DNA from: an uncultured Nitrososphaerales archaeon | GTDB taxonomy: Archaea > Thermoproteota > Nitrososphaeria > Nitrososphaerales > Nitrososphaeraceae | DNA length: 64,000 bases | Reading direction: 5' to 3' | Assembly: GCA_963695855.1 (NCBI GenBank) | Contig: CAVOHZ010000010.1 | Coordinates: 672,001 to 736,000 of the forward strand | In this document: positions 31,011 through 42,400 of the stretch, piece by piece | Layout of the letters: the number at the start of each line of letters is the position of its first letter | Numbering within the stretch: the first letter of the stretch is position 1 | Notes under the pieces: generated by a model | Told to the model about the DNA's origin: nothing | Database searches by the model: none | Seen by the model: the letters and a program-made list of their open reading frames with translations, nothing else | Made by a program: the position numbers and the translations under genes

Positions 31011-32509
31011 TAGACAATACCTCCACTAGAATTCTGTATGATTTTGTCTTGATTTTGATCTGAATAATACTTTTTAACGTATTCTGATTGTAGTAATAAA
31101 GCTGACACAGCCGCATGGGATTTACTTTCGTATTCCCGACTCCTTCTCTGTAGCATTTTTTGCATTATGTCATATTTTTCAATATAATTTGTAGACATAT
31201 TTCCATTAATGAAATTTTCTTCTTCAATAATTGTCTTATGTATTGGAATAGTGGTATTAATTCCTTCAATATTAAATTCTGATAATGCATTTCTCATACG
31301 AAGCCGCGCTTCTTCAAAATCACTTCCGTATGTTATCAATTTCGCTACTAGCGAATCATAATATCCAGACACGTTACATCCTGGGTATAGATAAGTATCA
31401 ACCCGTACTCCTGGACCATATGGAATATTACAAGTTGGCACATATCCTACGGAGGGGCTAAAATCATCAAATGGGTCTTCTGAATTTATACGGCATTCTA
31501 TGGCACATCCTCTTAGTTCAAGATCTTCCTGCTTGAATTCTATATCTTCTCCTTCAGCAACTTTAATTTGTAATTTGACAAGATCTTTGCCTGTTACTAG
31601 TTCCGTTACAGGATGTTCTACCTGCAACCTAGCATTAATTTCAATAAAATAGAAATTTCCTGATGAATCGGATAAGAATTCTGCTGTCCCTGCATTTAAA
31701 TAATCCAATGCGGATGCCGCACGTACTGCAATCTCTCCAACTTTAGCACGGGTGTGTTTATCGACAACAGGAGATGGAGACATTTCTATTAATTTTTGGT
31801 GACGGCGTTGTATGGAACATTCTCTTTCAAACAAATGTCGACAGTTTCCACTAGAATCGCTTATTAGCTGATATTCGATGTGTCGAATATTCTCAAGGTA
31901 TTTCTCAACAAACAAAGCAGATTTCCCAAAAGCAGATTTAGATTCATTTGATGCCAATTCAAATTCTTGTCTTAACTCTTTTTCATTTGTAACTAATCGA
32001 ATACCTCTGCCTCCGCCTCCAAAAGCAGATTTTAACATTACAGGATAACCAGCGTCTTTTGCAATTTCAGCAGCTTTATCAACATCCTCTACTACTCCTT
32101 CACTTCCAGGGATCGTAGGTACTTCAGCTTTTTTCATTAGTTCTTTACATTTCATTTTATCCCCAGCCAATTGCATCGCTTTCGCAGTAGGTCCAATGAA
32201 AATGATTCCATGTTTTTTACATTCTTCTGAAAAACCATCGTTTTCAGAAAGAAAGCCGTATCCAGGGTGAATAGCGTCAGCACCAGCAGCATTTGCAATT
32301 TCTATTATTTTATCAATACGAAGATAACTTTCTGAAGCGGGGGCTGGACCCAAGCGATATGATTCATCTGCCCTCTTAACATGAATTGCACGATTATCTT
32401 CATCAGAATAAACAGAAATCGATTTTATTCCCAATTGTTTACACGCTCTGATCACTCTTAGAGCAATCTCCCCCCTGTTTGCGATTAGTATAGAAGATAT
32501 CTTTGACAT
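31010..32509 (-). CDS. accC: Biotin carboxylase subunit
   Basis: ANRGEIA, HPGYGFLSEN, GGGGRG, RECSIQRRHQK and RLQVEHPVTE. Confidence 0.95.
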   Translation of the reverse strand: MSKISSILIANRGEIALRVIRACKQLGIKSISVYSDEDNRAIHVKRADESYRLGPAPASESYLRIDKIIEIANAAGADAIHPGYGFLSENDGFSEECKKHGIIFIGPTAKAMQLAGDKMKCKELMKKAEVPTIPGSEGVVEDVDKAAEIAKDAGYPVMLKSAFGGGGRGIRLVTNEKELRQEFELASNESKSAFGKSALFVEKYLENIRHIEYQLISDSSGNCRHLFERECSIQRRHQKLIEMSPSPVVDKHTRAKVGEIAVRAASALDYLNAGTAEFLSDSSGNFYFIEINARLQVEHPVTELVTGKDLVKLQIKVAEGEDIEFKQEDLELRGCAIECRINSEDPFDDFSPSVGYVPTCNIPYGPGVRVDTYLYPGCNVSGYYDSLVAKLITYGSDFEEARLRMRNALSEFNIEGINTTIPIHKTIIEEENFINGNMSTNYIEKYDIMQKMLQRRSREYESKSHAAVSALLLQSEYVKKYYSDQNQDKIIQNSSGGIV

Positions 32510-32520
32510 AATCCAATCTC

Positions 32521-34062
32521 CTACAAATTTATGTTCCCATGTTTTTTCCATGGCCCGGTTTCTTTTTTACCTGAAAGGCATTCGAGTGCCTGTATAATCA
32601 TGGGCCTTGTTTCCATTGGATCAATAACAAGATCTATTATACCCTTTTCAGCGGCTATATATGGATTGGCAAATTTTTTTCTATATTCATCGGCTAATTT
32701 CTTTTTTGTTATTTTGAGATCTTTTGAGCTCTTCAAATCTCTCCGGTGAATGATTGTTATTGCCGCTTCCGGTCCCAATACCGCTATCTCTGCTGTTGGC
32801 CAAGCATAATTGATGTCTGCCTTCAAATTTTTACTTCCCATGGCAATGTAGGCACCGCCATAAGCTTTACCTATAATACAAGTAATTTTTGGAATTGTTG
32901 CTTCACAATACGCATATAATAATTTGCTTCCATGTCGTATTATGCCATTATGTTCTTGATCAGCACCTGGCAAATATCCGGGAGTATCTACAAGAGTAAC
33001 AATTGGAATATTAAAAGAGTCGCAAAATCGAATAAATCTAGCAGATTTATTTGATGAATCAATGTCCATGGCCCCTGCTAGAACCTGCGGTTGATTTGCT
33101 ATTATACCTATAGATCTTCCACCCAACCTAGCAAAACCCACAACTATGTTACTGGCAAATGTTTCGTGTATTTCAAAGAAATCATGATTATCAACGATGT
33201 TATGAATGATTTCCTTAATATCATAAGGATGATATGGATTCTCCGGGAGAATGTTAATAAGATTTGAATCAAGTCTATTAGGATCATCATTTGATTCTAA
33301 TGTTGGTGGATCCTGACGATTATTTTGGGGAAGATATGTCAATAATTTTTTGATTTTTTCCATACAATCATATTCGTTACTTGCAACAAGATGGGCAACC
33401 CCAGATTTCGTAGAATGAGTTATTGCTCCTCCAAGTTCCTCGAATGAGACATCTTGACTCAATACCTCTTTTACCACCTCAGGACCGGTTACAAACATTT
33501 GGCCAACATTTTCCACCATAATTACAAAGTCTGTCATTGCTGGAGAATACACTGCACCACCAGCACATGGCCCTATACTTGCAGTTATTTGAGGAATAAT
33601 ACCAGAAGCAGTAGTATTTCTATAAAATATATCACCATAACCATCCAGGCTCATAACCCCCTCTTGAATTCTCGCACCACCAGAATCCAATATACCTATT
33701 AAGGGGGCACCTACCTTAATTGCCTTATCCATTATTTTGACAATCTTTTTGGAAGCCATTTCGCCAAGTGATCCACCTAAAATCGTGAAGTCATATGCAT
33801 ACACAAAGATCTTTCTTCCATTAATATTGCCAAATCCAGTAATTACTCCATCTCCATAGAATTTTTTCGTTTCCGATTCATCATTTCTATGAGTTACATA
33901 TTTATCCAGTTCAACAAAACTTCCCTCGTCAAGCAGAAGATCTATTCTTTCCCTAGCTGTTAGCTTGCCTTTTGAATGTTGCACATCAACTTTTTCTTGC
34001 CCTCCTCCAGCCTCTGCAAGTTTTTTCATTTCATACAACTTCTCAGATTTATCCTCGTGCAT
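32521..34062 (-). CDS. pccB: Acetyl/propionyl-CoA carboxyltransferase subunit (3HP/4HB cycle)
   Basis: GKLTARERI, SGGARIQEG, DTPGY, KAYGGAY and KKHGNI. Confidence 0.93.
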   Translation of the reverse strand: MHEDKSEKLYEMKKLAEAGGGQEKVDVQHSKGKLTARERIDLLLDEGSFVELDKYVTHRNDESETKKFYGDGVITGFGNINGRKIFVYAYDFTILGGSLGEMASKKIVKIMDKAIKVGAPLIGILDSGGARIQEGVMSLDGYGDIFYRNTTASGIIPQITASIGPCAGGAVYSPAMTDFVIMVENVGQMFVTGPEVVKEVLSQDVSFEELGGAITHSTKSGVAHLVASNEYDCMEKIKKLLTYLPQNNRQDPPTLESNDDPNRLDSNLINILPENPYHPYDIKEIIHNIVDNHDFFEIHETFASNIVVGFARLGGRSIGIIANQPQVLAGAMDIDSSNKSARFIRFCDSFNIPIVTLVDTPGYLPGADQEHNGIIRHGSKLLYAYCEATIPKITCIIGKAYGGAYIAMGSKNLKADINYAWPTAEIAVLGPEAAITIIHRRDLKSSKDLKITKKKLADEYRKKFANPYIAAEKGIIDLVIDPMETRPMIIQALECLSGKKETGPWKKHGNINL

Positions 34063-34183
34063 TCGTTTATCATTATGGCACGAACTATATATATATAATT
34101 ATAAAAAGAATATCAAATTACAAATTTACATAATAAAAAATTAAATATAAAATGACCTAAAATCTATAAAGTATCGTATTAGA

Positions 34184-34405
34184 TTAAAAATGTTCTTCAC
34201 GAAGACTAGACCTTCCGCCCTTGGCCCGTCTAAACACGTTCATTCCAAGATTGTAATTTTCAAACAACGATTCTAAAGCCTCGATTTCAGAAACTAATGA
34301 TTGTATTTCATATTTGTTTTGCTCTTCATTTTTCTTTAGGGTATCGAGGCGAGCTCTTTTTTCTGAAAGCAATTTACCAACATTATGTTCATATTCACTT
34401 GACAT
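34184..34405 (-). CDS. Small hypothetical coiled-coil protein
   Basis: Clean 73-aa ATG ORF co-oriented with its neighbours. Confidence 0.65.
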   Translation of the reverse strand: MSSEYEHNVGKLLSEKRARLDTLKKNEEQNKYEIQSLVSEIEALESLFENYNLGMNVFRRAKGGRSSLREEHF

Positions 34406-34425
34406 TCATATACTATTGATAAACC

Positions 34426-34800
34426 TCACGATTTTAATTTTACGATCTTATTCATTTTTTCAAGAACTAGATATTGATATCTACCATAGCAACCAGGATC
34501 ATTAACACAATCATTACAGATAAAAAATAATTTTGGGTCAGTCTTTTCTCCTATGTCCTTATTATCATTTATGAATAAAGAACCTGACGCTTTACAAATT
34601 AAACATTCAGCTTGGGGAGATGACTTTTTTACTTCATGCTCTTCTATTGGACTATTATTCTGGACGTAACAATCGAGATGTTTAATAGATTTCGAGATCT
34701 TCGACCAAAAAGCATAGTCGCCAGATTTAATTAATTTCCCACATACAGAACACTTACCATTAAATTTTACTACCAATTTAATCCAGTCAGATTGACTCAA
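34426..34800 (-). CDS. Hypothetical double zinc-finger protein
   Basis: CSVC...HLDC and CLIC...CNDC; overlaps the rfcL stop. Confidence 0.7.
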   Translation of the reverse strand: MSQSDWIKLVVKFNGKCSVCGKLIKSGDYAFWSKISKSIKHLDCYVQNNSPIEEHEVKKSSPQAECLICKASGSLFINDNKDIGEKTDPKLFFICNDCVNDPGCYGRYQYLVLEKMNKIVKLKS

Positions 34801-36034
34801 CTTTTTTCATCCTCTCTATTTCTTTTGAAAAAGTTTCAAGATATTTAGAATCTAAAGAATAAGTAAAAATAAACTCGTTAATATCAATTTTATTATTGGA
34901 CATAATTTTCAATAAAAAGGGAAAATATAGGGTTCCAAATGTACTTGAAGACACGTGGAAATACTTGGAAAGAATAAGAATAATATTTCTTATCGATTGT
35001 CCTCTAGAAAAAATCGTTCCGATATGATGCCAATTCAAAGCATATTGATTGTATGCAATGCCTTTGTTTTGACATTCGTCAGAGAAGTGTTTTGTGATCA
35101 AGCTATTCATATATCTTAACAAATTCCATAATCTTTTTTCATGGATACGAGAAACAAAAATATCGATACTAGATAAGCTATCCAGCAAAGTTGATAGATC
35201 TCCTATGTTCAATTTGGAGGCAACAAAACTTGTAAATAGAGAGTTAATTATGTCTTTTCTCCGCTCTTCACTGGATAGCCCATACCTAGGATCAGAAAAA
35301 TTCCCATCGAGATTAGATAGTATTTTCATAAATTCATTCTTATTCTCACAAGAGAACAACCCATTGATACCGACCGATATTTCGATTTGAAATCCCGTGT
35401 TTGATAATTGATTATCATAACCAGAACATCTAGACTGTAAAAGATTTATCATTGTTCTAACATCACCCTTACTGAGCTTCACAATGGTTAACTTCTCCTC
35501 TAAAGAAATACGCTGTTGATGATAACCTAGTATATAATTTAAAAACATCAACAACAAATAAGGAGAGATCAATTGAAATTTTATTATTTTACATAATTTA
35601 GACAAATTTTTCATTTTTTGATTTGTAGAATTAGCTGCTAGTATTATAGGAAAGTGTGAGGATGATTTAATAACTTCTATAATAAAATCTAATCCTCCCG
35701 TGTCTTCTCTTCCAGAAATACCATCTACTTCATCTAAGAATAATAATATTTTTTTCCCAAGTAAACTATAATTATTAAGGAGAGGGTTTACCATTTTTTC
35801 TAATTGAATTTTGTTCCTTGCATCGCTAGCATTAAGTTCAACTAGATCATAATTCAATAAAGTAGATAATACTTTTACTAGAGTAGTCTTCCCTAAGCCA
35901 GGTGGACCTAAAAGTAATAATGGTTTTGTTCCAGGAAACCATTTTAAGAGCCATTTTAAAACAGATAATCTAACCTCCTCGTTTCCAATCATCTGCTCGA
36001 ATTTATTAGGCCTATGAATTTCTGTCCAATACAT
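34787..36034 (-). CDS. rfcL: Replication factor C large subunit
   Basis: WTEIHRP, GPPGLGKTT, ELNASD, DEVDG and GDVR. Confidence 0.9.
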   Translation of the reverse strand: MYWTEIHRPNKFEQMIGNEEVRLSVLKWLLKWFPGTKPLLLLGPPGLGKTTLVKVLSTLLNYDLVELNASDARNKIQLEKMVNPLLNNYSLLGKKILLFLDEVDGISGREDTGGLDFIIEVIKSSSHFPIILAANSTNQKMKNLSKLCKIIKFQLISPYLLLMFLNYILGYHQQRISLEEKLTIVKLSKGDVRTMINLLQSRCSGYDNQLSNTGFQIEISVGINGLFSCENKNEFMKILSNLDGNFSDPRYGLSSEERRKDIINSLFTSFVASKLNIGDLSTLLDSLSSIDIFVSRIHEKRLWNLLRYMNSLITKHFSDECQNKGIAYNQYALNWHHIGTIFSRGQSIRNIILILSKYFHVSSSTFGTLYFPFLLKIMSNNKIDINEFIFTYSLDSKYLETFSKEIERMKKVESI

Positions 36035-36044
36035 GGAATATCGA

Positions 36045-37181
36045 CTATGATAATTTTCTGGTTAATGGACTGATCGTCCTTTCAAAATATTTGAACAGAT
36101 CTCTTTTAATTATATCATTATACCAAAACTGATTATAATGATTAACAGTAAGAAAGAGAAATTCTAAAAATGGTTTTAATTCAAATTCATTGGGAAGGAA
36201 TTCCAATGCTAATTTGGCTTCATCAAGATATATTTCGCTTTTCTTTAGTGTTAGTTCAAAACCTTTCTTGACATTATTTGCAATCAGGGAATAATATAAC
36301 GGCCATGAAGGGATCTTAATGGCACCTTCGTTAATAGAATCTTGCATTTCATTACCACATCCCACTGCTTCACTGGCCTTTGCCATCCCAATATGATATA
36401 TTTCATTCAAAGGTGTTTGATTTAATGCCATATTTCGGCCAGCTGTACCCATAATGGAGCGATATTTTTTATAGCATCCAATCATATGTTCATCTGTGAT
36501 AGATTCTGGTTTGACCTTTAATTTATGGTCTATAAATTGACCTATACGCGCATCTTTAAAACCATCTTCGAAAGCTTTCAGAACATGATCACCACCTTGA
36601 GTGATTTTTTCTCTAGCAATATCCAAAATATACGGATTCATTAGTCGATAATCATCAAGATATTCTAAATCTTCATCTTTATCGAGAATTCTGTCCATAG
36701 GTTCACTAAGGTCGATGGCTATTATATGACCATCAATTACAGATGTCCTCAGTTCATTAGATAAATCCTCTTTAAAATAAGATACAGAGCCATCAAATAA
36801 AGCATTTAAAACTGGAAATGTCATTTTCACAAAATTAGAATTTAAAAGTCGCTGTACACGATCTGCTAAAATTTCTGGCCTGGATAATCTTGCTTTCACA
36901 TTCTCGATTATAGATGAATCTAATCCCATCTCTTGTGAACCCACTTCTTCCACAAATTGAGAGATCGTGTTACTAGGAGTGGAATCTGAAATTATCTTTC
37001 GATGTAAAGAGAGAAGATAGCGTTTGGTAAAATCTTCAAATTCTATTTCATATTTTAATTTGTATTTGTTATATTGTTTGTATCCACGTTCCCTAAGCAA
37101 TACTTGTTTAAGAATATCCTTACCTGCCTTAGTGCTCATGAGGGCACTTTTTGAGAATACAAAATCATCCTTGCTACTCAT
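36045..37181 (-). CDS. Hypothetical helical protein; possible degenerate isoprenyl-diphosphate synthase fold
   Basis: 378-aa ORF between rps7 and rfcL; motif order DRILD, GQFID, NEMQD, SWPLYY, YLDEAKLALEFLP. Confidence 0.6.
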   Translation of the reverse strand: MSSKDDFVFSKSALMSTKAGKDILKQVLLRERGYKQYNKYKLKYEIEFEDFTKRYLLSLHRKIISDSTPSNTISQFVEEVGSQEMGLDSSIIENVKARLSRPEILADRVQRLLNSNFVKMTFPVLNALFDGSVSYFKEDLSNELRTSVIDGHIIAIDLSEPMDRILDKDEDLEYLDDYRLMNPYILDIAREKITQGGDHVLKAFEDGFKDARIGQFIDHKLKVKPESITDEHMIGCYKKYRSIMGTAGRNMALNQTPLNEIYHIGMAKASEAVGCGNEMQDSINEGAIKIPSWPLYYSLIANNVKKGFELTLKKSEIYLDEAKLALEFLPNEFELKPFLEFLFLTVNHYNQFWYNDIIKRDLFKYFERTISPLTRKLS

Positions 37182-37292
37182 GTATGGTTAGTTCAATAGT
37201 AATTATCAGTATTTATTAACTTTCACATAATAATTAAAAAAAAATAATTGTAATTATATTATAAATTAACAAAAAATAATGATTTTAAATTT

Positions 37293-37901
37293 CTATCTAG
37301 AAGACATAGCAATTCTTTCTTGTTCATTCTTTTTCTTTATTGCATGACTAGTCATATCGTTATTTGAGGCTAGGATAATTTCCTTCGCTAGTGCTTCCTC
37401 AATCATTTGAGGATTTGAATAAGTTGATTCTCTAACTCCTTCTGCAATAAACCTCAGTGCTAAATCAAGTCTTCTGAGGGGAGACACATCTACTGAAACA
37501 TGATAAACTACACCACCATATACAATTCTAGTTGTATCTTCATTAGGTGATGAATTTTCCACTGCGCGTACAAGCAATTCTACAGGATTTTTCCCAGTTT
37601 CGAGAAATATTATGTCGAATGCAGTTTTTACTATATTAAGTGATTTTACTTTTTTTCCACCCATTCTTCCTGTATTTTTTGCATATTTTTTACCAAAATG
37701 CATCAATTTATTAGCTAATCTTTCGATAACATGTACTTCAGCCTTCTTCAATCTTTGATGCTCGTGTCTACCAAATGACACAGGAACAACCATGGATGGA
37801 TTAAGAGAAATTACCCTTTTTAGACCAAGATCATTTATTTCTATATCAGACACATCCCATTTATTAAATAACATTATTTTTGAATATTCTTTTCCACTCA
37901 T
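37293..37901 (-). CDS. rps7: 30S ribosomal protein uS7
   Basis: LFNKW, IERL.N, NSSPNED and VDVSPLRR. Confidence 0.96.
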   Translation of the reverse strand: MSGKEYSKIMLFNKWDVSDIEINDLGLKRVISLNPSMVVPVSFGRHEHQRLKKAEVHVIERLANKLMHFGKKYAKNTGRMGGKKVKSLNIVKTAFDIIFLETGKNPVELLVRAVENSSPNEDTTRIVYGGVVYHVSVDVSPLRRLDLALRFIAEGVRESTYSNPQMIEEALAKEIILASNNDMTSHAIKKKNEQERIAMSSR

Positions 37902-37903
37902 CT

Positions 37904-38341
37904 TTATCGCCTTGGTTTTTCTTTCCTTCCATAAACTAATTCTTTTAATGACACACCATTAACTTTGAAAACCTGCCACCTTACACCGGGAATATCACCC
38001 ATTGCTCCCCCCATAGAGCCACCAATTCCCTCTACCACGACTTCATCATGCTCATCAACAAAATTTAAAGCTCCATCCCGTGGAAGAAAAGCAGTTATTG
38101 ATTTTCCATTTTTTATTAATTGTATACGCACACATTTTCTGACCGCAGAGTTAGGTTGTTTTGATTCAATCCCAACTTTTTCCAATACTATTCCTCTCGC
38201 TTGAGGTGCCCCTTCCATTGGATTAGTTTTTTTATCCAACATAAGTACCCTTCTTTTATAATATTTATTAGCCCATCTGGAACGTTTCCTTTTTGATTTT
38301 AAAACACGTCCAGCAAACAAGCCTAAAGGAGATTTTGCCAT
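37904..38341 (-). CDS. rps12: 30S ribosomal protein uS12
   Basis: [12 protein letters not shown] and GDIPGVR. Confidence 0.97.
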   Translation of the reverse strand: MAKSPLGLFAGRVLKSKRKRSRWANKYYKRRVLMLDKKTNPMEGAPQARGIVLEKVGIESKQPNSAVRKCVRIQLIKNGKSITAFLPRDGALNFVDEHDEVVVEGIGGSMGGAMGDIPGVRWQVFKVNGVSLKELVYGRKEKPRR

Positions 38342-38342
38342 T

Positions 38343-38825
38343 TTATACAATCACACCGGTATTATTATTATTTGTTATTTGTTCTGGGCTTAATATTAGA
38401 ACATTCGAAATTTGAAAGTAACGCCTTGCAAGCAACCTAGCTTTTTCCGCATTTCTACCTTCTTTTCCAACTACTACACCTTTTTTTTTGGAATCAACAA
38501 CAACAATAGCTTGTTTAGTACCGTCTATCCTCTTATTAATTTTTATTTCATTTATCATGTCAGAATTAAGTATATTCTTTAAAAATTCATCAACATTGTC
38601 AGAATATTCTACGAGTTCAATTCTTTTTGGAACCACATTTTGGAGCTGTTTGATAGTAGAGCCCCCTTTGCCTATAGCTAAACCCATTTGTCCCTTATTT
38701 ACTACAAAAATAACACGATCCATTTTTTCATCCAATATGCAATCTCTAGCTGTTGCACTTGTGATGCTTTGAAAAAGAGAAATAAGACGTAGTTCATCTG
38801 AAGTTAATTTTATTTTTTCAGTCAA
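38343..38825 (-). CDS. nusA: Archaeal NusA
   Basis: Two KH motifs, GLAIGKGG and GVVVGKEG. Confidence 0.93.
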   Translation of the reverse strand: MTEKIKLTSDELRLISLFQSITSATARDCILDEKMDRVIFVVNKGQMGLAIGKGGSTIKQLQNVVPKRIELVEYSDNVDEFLKNILNSDMINEIKINKRIDGTKQAIVVVDSKKKGVVVGKEGRNAEKARLLARRYFQISNVLILSPEQITNNNNTGVIV

Positions 38826-39097
38826 TCTTATACATACCTCTATTTGTAATTTTTCCTAATAAATTATTCGTCAAATGATTAACATGCTGTGTAATAAAGT
38901 ATAATTTAAATTTTAATGAAATAATCTTCATTTCGATAATTTAATATGATTTCAAGAATTAGGTAATACTCTTTCTTACTAATTACCGTAGTTTCAGAAA
39001 TGAGAGGTGAAGTTAAAAACTGTTAAAAATCTTCTTGAATTTTACCACATATAGAAATGTAGCAGACAAGTCCAAATAAAATAAAAAAATAAAAAAA

Positions 39098-39406
39098 TTA
39101 TTGATTTTTCATTAGTTCTTTTAAATCTTCGTCCTGAATATTTTTTAAAGAGACAGAAGAAATTCTATAGGATTTATTAAAGAGTCTTCCCAATTTAACC
39201 GAATTTTCTTGCAGATAATAAATCGGGACATTATATTCGGATGCCTGTGTCTCTATAAACTGTTTATCTTTACTATTTACAGTATTTGACAATATTAACA
39301 ATTTTGATCCCTTTATATTCGATTTTACTTCTTTAATTCCCCTTTTGTATTTGTTATTGGATATTGATTCTTTAATTATTTTCTCCAAAATCTTCATTTT
39401 GTTCAT
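39098..39406 (-). CDS. rpl30e: Ribosomal protein eL30 (L7Ae family); start may be ATG 39397
   Basis: GIKEV...KLLILS...SVKLG; canonical position between rpoA and nusA. Confidence 0.8.
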   Translation of the reverse strand: MNKMKILEKIIKESISNNKYKRGIKEVKSNIKGSKLLILSNTVNSKDKQFIETQASEYNVPIYYLQENSVKLGRLFNKSYRISSVSLKNIQDEDLKELMKNQ

Positions 39407-42400
39407 TCACCTTCATATACAATTCAACCATTCCAGTTCCAACAGGAACAGTTGCGCCTACAATTACATTTTCTGTAACTCCTTTTAATGCTTCCGTTTG
39501 ACCTTCCATTGCTGCTCTGGCAATAGTAGGAACAGTGATTTCAAATGCCGCTCTAGCTAAAACGGATGTTTTAGTTCCTGCAATGCCATGTCTACCTATC
39601 TGTTGAAGATAGCCTTTAGACGTCATTAGATCTGCAACAAGCATAATATGTCTAATATCTACCTCTAGACCTTGTTCCTCGAGTGTATTTGTGATCTCTT
39701 TGACTAGAGCAGTCCTTGCAGCCTCAATTCCTAAAGTTTGCCATATTTCGTATACATTGTTAGTAGTTATTCTTGAAAGATCAATACCATCTACATAAAT
39801 AATTTTAGCCAAATTTGAGCCTGCAGTTTGTATAACCCATTCATCAATTTGTTTAACTATAGTTACTCTTTCTATATCTGGTACTCCTTTTATCCTTGTG
39901 TTTAAAAGTTTATTCTTTAACAACAGAAAACTTTGTGCATCCAAATCTTCATTCATTTTCATAACAATACTCAATTCCTTTTCATCTAGAATACTATCAT
40001 ATTTCTTTTTAGAACCTTTTAAAATCTCGAATATATCTTTGATATTACAACCTCTTTCAGTCAATTTGTCAGAAGATAAACTAAATTTGATTATACCTCC
40101 ATAATCGATGTCAGTTTTTTCTACAACATCTATAACCTTTGTATGGATAATCTCTTTTGCAACATTTAATGCTTGTTCTCTGGAAAACCGATGTTGTTCG
40201 TCTAGATAGATATCCATTGTAGGAGTGATAGGTTTCTTTCGTGCGTCTACCAGTTCTATTAATCGTGGTAGTCCAAGAGTAACATTTCTTTCCTTTACTC
40301 CCGCATAATGGAATGTTCTGAGAGTCATCTGAGTCCCAGGTTCACCTATAGATTGTGCAGTGACAACCCCGACTGCTTCACCTGGTTCTACCAGTGCTCT
40401 TTCCACAAGATCAATAATCTTTTTAACTACCTTTTCGATACCTAGTTTACTAAGTTTATTATCCAGTAATATAGTTTCAATATTTGATCTTAATTTGGGA
40501 TTAAAATGTGATACATATTGATTTAATATATGTCTAATTTCAGATTCGTCTGCTTTCGTACCTTCATCTACTACAGACTCACTTTCGATAATTCTTGAAA
40601 TATTAACCGCTTCACCATGATCACTTTTAGCTGGGTCAATCCCATCTTCTCCATAAAGATATTGAATAATGTTACCGTGGGGGTCTCTAACTGTTCCATC
40701 ATATTCCATTTTCAAATGTTCGAGAGCATTAATCAATCGTCTTTGCATATAGCCAGATTGTTGTGTTCTTACGGCGGTATCAACTAGACCTTCTCTTCCG
40801 CCCATAGCATGAAAAAAGAACTCTAAAGGAGTTAGTCCATCACGGTAATTTGATTTTACAAATCCCTTAGCGTCAGGATTAGTATCATTTATCCTAAAAT
40901 GCGGCAAAGAACGATTCCGATAGCCCTTGTGAATTCTTTTACCTCGTATTGATTGCTGACCTAAAACCGCAGTCATTTGGCCTATATTAAGGGTTGACCC
41001 ACGAGCACCGGTAGATGCCATTATCACACCCGCATTATCATTCGGAAAAGATCTGTCTGCAAGTCTACCTGCGCGATCTCTTGCACGAGATAACTCATTT
41101 ACTAGGTACAATTCTAGTGCCTCCTCAGGGGAGAGACCCCTAGTTAGTGGCAAAGTTTCATCCTTATATTGAAGAATTAGCTCACCAATTTTATCATAGG
41201 CTTTTTTAATTACTCCAGTAATTTCTTTTTCTGTCTCTTCTGTCAGCCATAAATCAGAATACCCGTACGTAAAACCACGATGAGTAATGAATGTTTTTAA
41301 CATGATAAGTATTGAATTCAGGAACTTCTGGGCAACATCGTTTCCATAATCCTTAGCGATTCTGTGCAAAACACTGTCAGGTTCTTCTGCTCCAATTGAT
41401 GCTTTGTCTATAACTCCACTTATTAGTTCCCCATTTTTGATTACTACATCTTTTCCCTCTCCTTTAATTGATTTGTTCCATTTTGATGTAATAATAAAAT
41501 TAAAGTCATTTGGAAGAAATAGGGAAAAAAGTTGTTTTCCTGTATAAAACTTCTTCCCATCCTTTTCACCTTTATGCATAGGGATAGGTCCTGAATATCC
41601 ACCTAGTAATGCCAAATTAAAGAATTCCTCTTGTAATAATATAGTTTCATCTCTTGTTAAGAGATATGCGCCTGTAATAAAGTCACGTATTCCACCAATA
41701 ATTGGACCGCCGTATCTTGGAGAAATTAGTTGATCTTGAACACTCATAAGCAATGCTGCCTCAGACCGTGCTTCTTCGCTCTGAGGTACATGAAGGTTCA
41801 TTTCATCACCATCGAAATCGGCATTATACGGAGGACAAACAGCTGGATGTAATCGAAAAGTTCTATATGGCAGAACTTTAACATAATGGGCCATAATTGA
41901 CATCCTGTGTAAAGAAGGTTGTCTATTGAAAATAACAATATCTCCTTCAGATAAATGTCTCTCTATAATGTAACCAGGAACTATGGAGTCTGCAACCATT
42001 TGTCTATCGTTTACATAATCGAGTCTTATTTTTACCCCATCGGGTCTTATGATATAGTTAGCTCCAGGGTATGAGTTAGGACCGTTAAAAACTAGTTTCT
42101 TTAATTTTTCTAGATTCCATGATGAGACGGTTTCTGGGATGGTAAGTTTCTTTGCAACTTCATATGGAATACCAACCTCTGAAATAGCAATATTTGGATC
42201 GGGAGAGATTACTGTTCTACTTGAAAAATCTACACGTTTTCCAGATAATGAGCCTCTAAATCTACCTTCCTTTCCCTTTAATCTTTGGGTAAGTGTCTTC
42301 AATGGCCTTCCTGATCTATGATGAGCCTGTGGAATTCCAGAAACTTCATTATCAAAATATGTCGTAACATGATATTGTAACAAGTCTACCAAATCTTGAA

